Shown one piece after another: positions 56,912-64,000 of a stretch of 64,000 bases of DNA (positions are counted from its first letter, which is position 1; each line of letters begins with the position of its first letter). The notes beneath the pieces are model-generated. The model saw only the letters and a list, made by a program, of their open reading frames with translations, was not told where the DNA came from and ran no database searches. The stretch is from Octopus sinensis. Its lineage: Eukaryota. The DNA is taken from NCBI RefSeq assembly GCF_006345805.1, contig NC_043008.1, forward strand, positions 59,520,001-59,584,000, written 5' to 3'. The position numbers were made by a program, and so were the translations under genes.

Positions 56912-58199
56912 ACGCGAACTCATATAAAGAATCTTGCAAACCAAATCCAAAAACGAAATATTTATTAGCTGTAATAAATAATGTAATACTAAAAGAAAGA
57001 ATCTGACTTCGTAATTTTCTTTTTATAAATCAGTGTTCTCTCCCCTTTGGGGACAAATTCACCACTAGAGGTAAAACGTGTTTAGAAAGTTTAACCATTA
57101 AAATAAAACCATTTCCGTCCATATAAGTTTTAATTTTTTTCTTTTTTTAAATGCTATCAACTCTTGGTATTTTTGAGGCCTCAGTGCTCAACTGGTATTT
57201 ATTTCATCGATCCCGAAAGGATGAAACGCAAAGTTGCCCTCAGCAGAACTTGAACCTAGATTGTAAAACCAGAAGAAATACTGAAAGTATTTGTTTTGGG
57301 TTGCTCAACGACTCGGCGAGCTAAAAGAAAATAACGGTTTCAAATTTTGGCACAAGGCCAACAATTTTGAGGCACGGGGTAAATCGATTTCATCGATCCC
57401 AGTATGTGACTGGTACTTATTTCATCGATTCCGAAAGGATGAAAGACAAAGTCCACTTCAACAGACGTGAACGTAAAGCCGGAAGAAATGCTGTAAAATA
57501 TTTTGTTCGGCGTGCTAATGTCTTTGCCAGCTCGCCGCCTTTAGTTTTAAAACTAATGGTTTCAAGTTTTGGCACAAGGCCAGCAATTCTGGGAGATAGT
57601 GTAAGTCCACTGCATCAACCCCAGTACTTTATTTCATTGACCCCGAAGATAAAAGGCGAAGTCAATCTCGGTGGAATTTGAACTTCGAACGCATAATGTA
57701 GGAAGAAATGCCTTCAAGCATTTTGTTCGACTCGCTTACGATTCTACCATCTCACTGCCTTTCAACCGCTTCAAATGTTGGCGGAAGGTTAGCAGTTTAA
57801 GGAGGAAGGGTTTATTTGATTACATCACACCCAGTACTTGATTGGTTCTTTATTTTGTCGACCCCGATAGGATAACATGCAAAGTTGACCTCGGCGTGAT
57901 TTGGACTCAGAACGAAAGAGAACCGAAATACTCTTAGGTGTCTTATCCTACGCGCTAACAGTTCTGTCATTGCCGCCTTCATAGTTTTAGTAAATAGTTT
58001 TTTCTAGTATAGGCACAAGGCCTGAAATATTCGGGGAGGATGCTTCTTTTATCGACACTGAAAGCATGGAAAGCAAAGTAGACCTCGGTGAAATTTGAAC
58101 ACAAAACGTAAAACCGGAAGAACTGCTGCGAAGTCTTTTTTCCGGAATGCAAAAGATTCTGCCTGCTCGCCACCTTCAGTTTTTACGTTCCGAGTTCAT

Positions 58200-59600
58200 T
58201 GATATCCATATACGTATTTCATCATGTTTGATTTGAGAAACTGATCGACTTCGACTGCAACATTTTCTAGAGTGTTCACAAGATTACCATCATTAACTTG
58301 GTCAAGGCGTGCTGATGTCTTGATTGCTCTTACTTGATTACCTCGATGTGTTACGTGTCCGATGCTATTACGTTGACATCGTCCACATACGCAAATACGG
58401 ATCTTCCACATCAAAGTTCTTGCTGGATACCCTTCGAAGGCTCCAGCTTCTGCGGCTGTGGCTCTAGAGTCAATACGTAGAGAAGAGGAGATAGGAGTAC
58501 CTTTGGTGGGCCAGTCGCATGATACCGAACGATTCCGACAAATGGCTATTTACTCTTACCACGGCGCAAATGTCGCTGTACACTGCAGCGATCAGCCTCT
58601 GAAGACGGGACTAAAACCAACCACCTTCAGAACAACTGCCAGTGATTAGGGTGTTTGGCTTGCGATCGTAAGGTCGTGGGTTCGATTCCCGACGATGCGT
58701 TCTGTCCTTGAACAAGACACTTTATTTCGCGTTGCTCCAGTCCACTCAGCTAGCAAAAATGAGTCGTACCTGTATTTCAAAGAGCCAGTCTTGTCACACT
58801 TGTGTCACACTTGTGTCACACTGAATCTCCTTGAGAACTACGTTAAGGGTACTTGCGCGTTAACTTCATGAGCTGGCTGTTCTGTTAATCGAACCCTCAA
58901 CGTCGTAACCGACGAAGTGCTTATATATTGATGGCTTCCAATCGAAAGCTTTCGACTGATTTGAATTGATCAAAGTCCTACTCATGCTAAGTTCTTTAGC
59001 CAACCTTTCTATGATGTATCAGGTAAGGTGGAGGTTGTCGTGAATAGTTCATTCGGGTATGGTACATGTCGATGCCCCACTCACCCTAGTATCGGCAAGT
59101 AGCAACCTTTTTGCAAATGCCTTGACCAAAATCAGGTTCATAACTCTCGTTTAGCAGAGTCATTGGCTTTTCTCAGCATCAGCAGCACACTTCACTTCTT
59201 TTTGCTGGACTAGGAATTTTCCCGTTCTACTGCCAGTTGCAGTAGACATCTACCACGAAGTCCCCCTACACACTCACACCGAATAGGTCTGGCAGATGTC
59301 GACAAAGCTTATGTGCACATGATGGCTGCAACTCTATTTTGATCGATGCCATTGTTTGATGCCATAGTTTGGTCGCTCTCTTAAACGTGAGCAGCAAAGT
59401 TGTATCTTCTCAGCCCTGCCAGGGACCTACATTTCTTTTACACAGCTGCGACGAAAGATAGGCACCCCTTGCAGCAAGTATTCAGAAAGCTTACTACACA
59501 CGCTGACCGGTGCCTTCACTCCATCACGGAATATTTCATTGAGTGTTTTGCTTTTTCTCGACTGTTGCCAGCCTTTAGTGATCAACGCATAGCAGAGATG
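58200..59600 (-). mobile_element. Decayed Tx1/L1-clade LINE reverse transcriptase fragment, interrupted by a SINE at about 58640-58920
   Basis: Minus-strand motifs in order: KAFAKRL, TIHDNLHL..YIIER, VVRVNSHLSE, LSPLLYVLTLEP, FAYVDDVNVIASD (YxDD). Many stops. Confidence 0.75.
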
Positions 59601-60167
59601 TTAATAAATATGTTAAAAGTCAAGCGATGCCTGTTTCTGATGCAATTTAAAGTGAGGAAAGGCATTGCACTGGGTCTATATCACTCTCTGCACAATGTAT
59701 GCATTTGCCCAAAAAGAAGAATAAGTTTATATCATTAGGCGTAAACGAAGACGTAGGTGTTAAGATGGAGTTTTCATTCCCTTTTAGAGATGTCCAAGCA
59801 AAGATTAAGAATCTCTCACAACCAAGTTTTGGATGACCATTAGCTCTACTGAGTTCATCAGTCCATATATATATACATAAGTACATACAATAGATTATGT
59901 ACCAACAAAACTTAGAAATACACGGTTTCACGTAGAAAGAGCAAAAGAAACTGACACGGATTCTCCAATCCAAGATTTGTAAGACATACCAAAAATTTCT
60001 CCATCTAAGATCTTTATGTGTATAGATGCACACACTTCAGAGTATGCATCGACTGTTCAACCAACACACCGACTCAGTCACATATTTAAAAACACCGGGG
60101 ACTCTCTTAACTGAAAAAATCTTATCGCCTTTTAAGAAGAACTTAAGTAAGCAAAGAGAAACTATAC

Positions 60168-60351
60168 ACACATACATACATACATACATACATACATACA
60201 TACATACATACATACATTCATACATACATACATACATACATACATACATACATAATACATACATACATACATACATACATACATTCATACATACATACAT
60301 ACATTCATACATACATACATACATACATGCATGCATGCATGCATACATGCA

Positions 60352-60382
<31 letters not shown>

Positions 60383-61260
60383 GTACATACATGCATACAT
60401 ACATGCATACATGCATACATACATACATACATGCATACAAACATGCATACATACATGCATACATACATGCATACATACATACATACTTACATAGATACAT
60501 ACAAACATACATACATACATGCATACATATAAACATACATACATACATACATACACACACACATACATACATACATACATACATACATACATACATACAT
60601 GCATACATACATGCATACATACATGCATACATACATACATACATACATACATACATACATGCATGCATGCATACATATACATACATACATACATACAAAC
60701 ATACATGCATGGATACATACATACATACATATATACATACATACATACATACATATATACATACAATTGTACATACATACATACATACATACATACATAC
60801 ATGCATACATACATACATACATACATATATACATGCATACATGCATACATACATGCATACATACATAAATACATACATACATTTATACATACATGCATAC
60901 ATACATGCATACATACATACATGCATACATACATATATACATATATACATACATACATGCATACATACATACATACATACATACATACATACATACATAC
61001 ATACATACATACATACATACATACATACATGCATACATACATACATACATACATACATACATGCATACATACATACATACATACATACATACATACATAC
61101 ATGCATACATACATACATACATGCATACATACATACAAACATACATACATACATACATACATACACATACATACATACATACATACATACATACATACAT
61201 ACATACATACATACAAACATACATACATACATACATACATACATACATACATACATACAA
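60168..61260. repeat. About 1.1-kb (TACA)n/(TGCA) tetranucleotide array
   Basis: Direct inspection. Similar shorter arrays at 41760-42070, 23070-23170 and 52512-52710. Confidence 0.97.
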
Positions 61261-61781
61261 TTGTACGTACGTATGTCAGTAAAAGAAACCGATAAACTAC
61301 GTACAAATAAGTATCAGGCTTAAAAATAATTACTCGGAGCCGATTTGCTCGGCTAAACCGTTCGAGGTGGTGCCCCAGCATGGCCGCAGTTCAACGGCTG
61401 TAGTGAATAAAAGATAAAATGCAAACAGAATCATGAATGTCAGTAAAAGAGGCCGAGATATTCTCCAGATAGAACAGCTACGACAAATTAAACAAACTAT
61501 TTTACCATATAACTGCAATCTCCATTCCACTATAGGGGCGTTTCATATGCACTATATTGCTAAAGCTTGTATAGGAGGTACCTGAAAAATCTGTACATGA
61601 CGTGGAAATCAAAGAGCCGATTTGAGATCAACACCAAGAAAAATAGGACAGAGAAACATCGCACAGGAAAAAGTGGGTGAGCTTATTACTTAACGACGTT
61701 CAGAACTGAAAAACAAGACAAGGGAAGCAACTCCTTCCAGAAGAAAAAGAGTTAAAGTTCTTAATATTCGAGGCGTCATTA

Positions 61782-62190
61782 TCTCTCTATATAAAACTGA
61801 AGTTGTCTGTGTGTGGCAGGTTTGGTAGCCTTCAACTAACACTATCTCCTCCGAGACCCTGCGGCGCAAGTTGACCAAAATTGAGATTATGATAGAAGAA
61901 GGCTTGCTCTTTCTTTCGTAGAAGAAAAAATTCAAATCGAACCATGATAACACCAAAAATTATTTACATCAAAAAGGTGCTTTTTTTTCTATGAAAATCC
62001 CTATTTTTTACGATTTTTTGAATGCTGTGTCGCCATTTTTCGGGAAAATGTTCACTTAAAGAGAATAACAAGCAGAAAAATGTTCACTTAAAGAGAATAA
62101 CAAGCTACATAATGCAAAGTTTTTACCTTTCAAAAATTCCAGTTCTAAAGAGTCGAAACAAACCCGAGCAACGCCGGGCGATACTGCTAG
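61782..62190 (+). mobile_element. Complete non-autonomous Helitron-type element
   Basis: Starts A|TC, ends with hairpin CCCGAGCAACGCCGGG followed by CTAG|T. Inserted at an AT dinucleotide with no TSD. Confidence 0.75.
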
Positions 62191-62585
62191 TTGCATATAT
62201 ATGTATATATTTATATATATATATAATTCAACTTACGTTGGAAGTCAACAAAGTTTGCTTTAGAAGCGTTGAGATGTTTTGAAAGATACACATAAAGACA
62301 TAATTTTATTCTCAAACGCAGGATAATGCTAATAATATCGCATGAACAGGATAAGCTATCCGTATTCTGCAAAATATGGATAGATTATCCTGTTCATGCT
62401 GTATTATTAGCATTATCCTGCGTTTGAGAATAAAATAATTTCCTTATCTATATATGTGTGTGTGTGTGTGTGTGTATAAAACGGAGTAAGCACATAAATG
62501 TGAAACAAGGTGGAAAAAAGGAGTACTCAAATACCAGAGGTAGAGTAATATGCTTTATTTAAAAGCAGTAGAAATATAACAAAAG

Positions 62586-62623
62586 CTGTTACTCAGAGTT
62601 TCACGTTCCCGTTCGTCGGACAG
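62586..62623 (-). ncRNA. Minimal type I hammerhead ribozyme motif, variant core (CCGACGA)
   Basis: Minus strand reads CUGU CCGACGA ACG-GGAA-CGU GAAA CUCUGAG UA ACAG. All three stems pair; stem I extends via AAAA/UUUU with a 1-nt bulge. Confidence 0.65.
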
Positions 62624-62735
62624 TTTTGTTAAAATCTGTATGTATATATATGTGTATATATATATATATTGATTCGCTAGCTCCTGCACGCATTTTTTTC
62701 TCTCCTTGTTTCTCTCCGTGTTTCTTTTCTGTGTA

Positions 62736-62773
62736 TCTTTCTGTTGAAGAGCGTAGGCTCGAAACGTAAAAGA
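62736..62773 (+). ncRNA. Minimal type I hammerhead ribozyme motif with A6U core change
   Basis: Reads UCUUU CUGUUGA A GAGC-GUAG-GCUC GAAA C GUA AAAGA. 5-bp stem I and 4-bp stem II. Confidence 0.6.
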
Positions 62774-62868
62774 CTTGTTTTATTTATATTCCTGAGCGCT
62801 ATACTAATACAATTGTTTGTTTGTATTCAACCTGCCTTCGTCTTTTGTTTATTTTCATAAAGCTTCCC

Positions 62869-62936
<68 letters not shown>

Positions 62937-63224
62937 TAGCTGAATTAATTACCAGGTAATATCCGGGAAAGCGGGGGTGTTATTTCCAGTCCCCCCGTTC
63001 CCGTTACTCTGTTTCATATCCTTATCCCGTTCCCTGTTCATTTCCTCTTTAGATTACAAATAGATTTACAAATACTGGCAAGTAATACAGTTGAATCATA
63101 AAATTGATTGATTGTAATGGTAAGGTAATATCAGAGTTGAATTGATGGATAGTTGAAAGGATGGGAGGATTGACAATATGCGACTATGAAACAATTCAGT
63201 GATGATTGGTTATTATCGATTTTG

Positions 63225-63735
63225 AGGGTCTTCTCTGTTGCTGTTACATTGTGAAATTTTAAAATTACGTCAAAATTTTCAAATTTGGTATATTGAAATA
63301 ATTTTCCACGTTAAATCCGATTTTGTTATTTATTTGTTCCAGAAAAATTGCAATAAAATGTTACTGGGGTTTAAAGTTTAATCAGTTTTACCTAATCAGA
63401 AAATAGGATTTGGAAGCTGGCATTTTCTGCATGATAGCTGTCTATCACAAAATGAAAGCAAAATCATTACGAGGAGGAATTTTTATTAAACAAACGAAAG
63501 CAAAGCATTACGACGACCAAAGTTGTAAGAACTTTTGAGGTTTTAATAATTTTTAATGGGTAAAGTCATGTGAAACGGTCGAACAAACATGTAAATAATT
63601 CAAAAAGGGAAAAGATTGTCAAAGAATTTTTTTTTTTTTTTTTGCGTAAGATTGCACAAATCTGTCCTGATCAAGAGGCCTATCTGTTGGGGAGGGCAGA
63701 GTCTGACATGGATAGACAAAAATTTATATAAGACA
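63225..63735 (+). mobile_element. Helitron-type element, second copy of the 3655-4222 family, 3' end lost at a SINE insertion
   Basis: Collinear reverse-complement similarity to 3700-4200 (e.g. GAAGCTGGCATTTTCTGCATGATAGCT). Confidence 0.65.
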
Positions 63736-64000
63736 TTCTTATTTCTTTACTGCCCACAAGGGACTAAACACAGAGGGGACAAACAAGGACAGACAAACGA
63801 ATTAAGTCGATTATATCGACCCCAGTGCGTAACTGGTACTTATTTTATCGACCCCGGAAGGATGAAAGGCAAAGTCGACCTCGGCGGAATTTGAACTCAG
63901 AACGTAACGGCAGACAAAACACGTTTCTGCCAGCTCGTCGCCTTAATATAAGACGTATAAGATATTCTATCGACTTACCCCTCCCCCGAAATTGCTGGCC

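Larger units (their letters stand above)
62473..62870. mobile_element. Two divergent Penelope-like terminal-repeat fragments separated by (TA)n
   Basis: Hammerhead motifs on opposite strands at 62586-62623 (-) and 62736-62773 (+). Confidence 0.5.

Noticed and set aside
59835-59865. Minus-strand CUGAUGA followed by a small hairpin
   Set aside because: GAAA box absent (CUAA instead) and no stem I or III.
60026-61381. ORFs up to 358 aa (MYVC/HTYI repeats)
   Set aside because: Translations of the (TACA)n array.

Overview
AT-rich, microsatellite-dense animal genomic DNA, most likely an octopus or other cephalopod mollusc (inferred from the SINE families and repeat landscape, not verified by search). 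The only host gene I can reconstruct is a plus-strand SLC22 (MFS organic ion transporter) family gene. Eight GT-AG exons at 13450-47892 splice in frame to 478 codons plus stop, running from WDLVCEK to the C-terminal LPESRGRQLPQTIADVE motif. The N-terminal exon(s) were not found in the window. The rest is a dense transposon landscape: three tRNA-derived SINE families, decayed CR1-clade, RTE and Tx1/L1-clade LINEs, Helitron-type non-autonomous elements, Tc1/mariner-, piggyBac- and Merlin-like MITEs, foldback hairpins and Penelope-like remnants. Nearly all ORF-track entries are microsatellite or SINE artefacts. The most interesting signal is RNA-level. There are four well-formed minimal type I hammerhead ribozyme motifs plus one weaker one. 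One lies on the sense strand about 115 nt upstream of a 3' splice site, and two share a non-canonical CCGACGA core. There is also a 200-bp retroposon with a fixed 5' end and an HDV-like pseudoknot candidate, a foldback element with outward-facing tRNA-like heads, and a near-perfect 128-bp intronic hairpin. All structures were derived by eye and need computational and biochemical confirmation.
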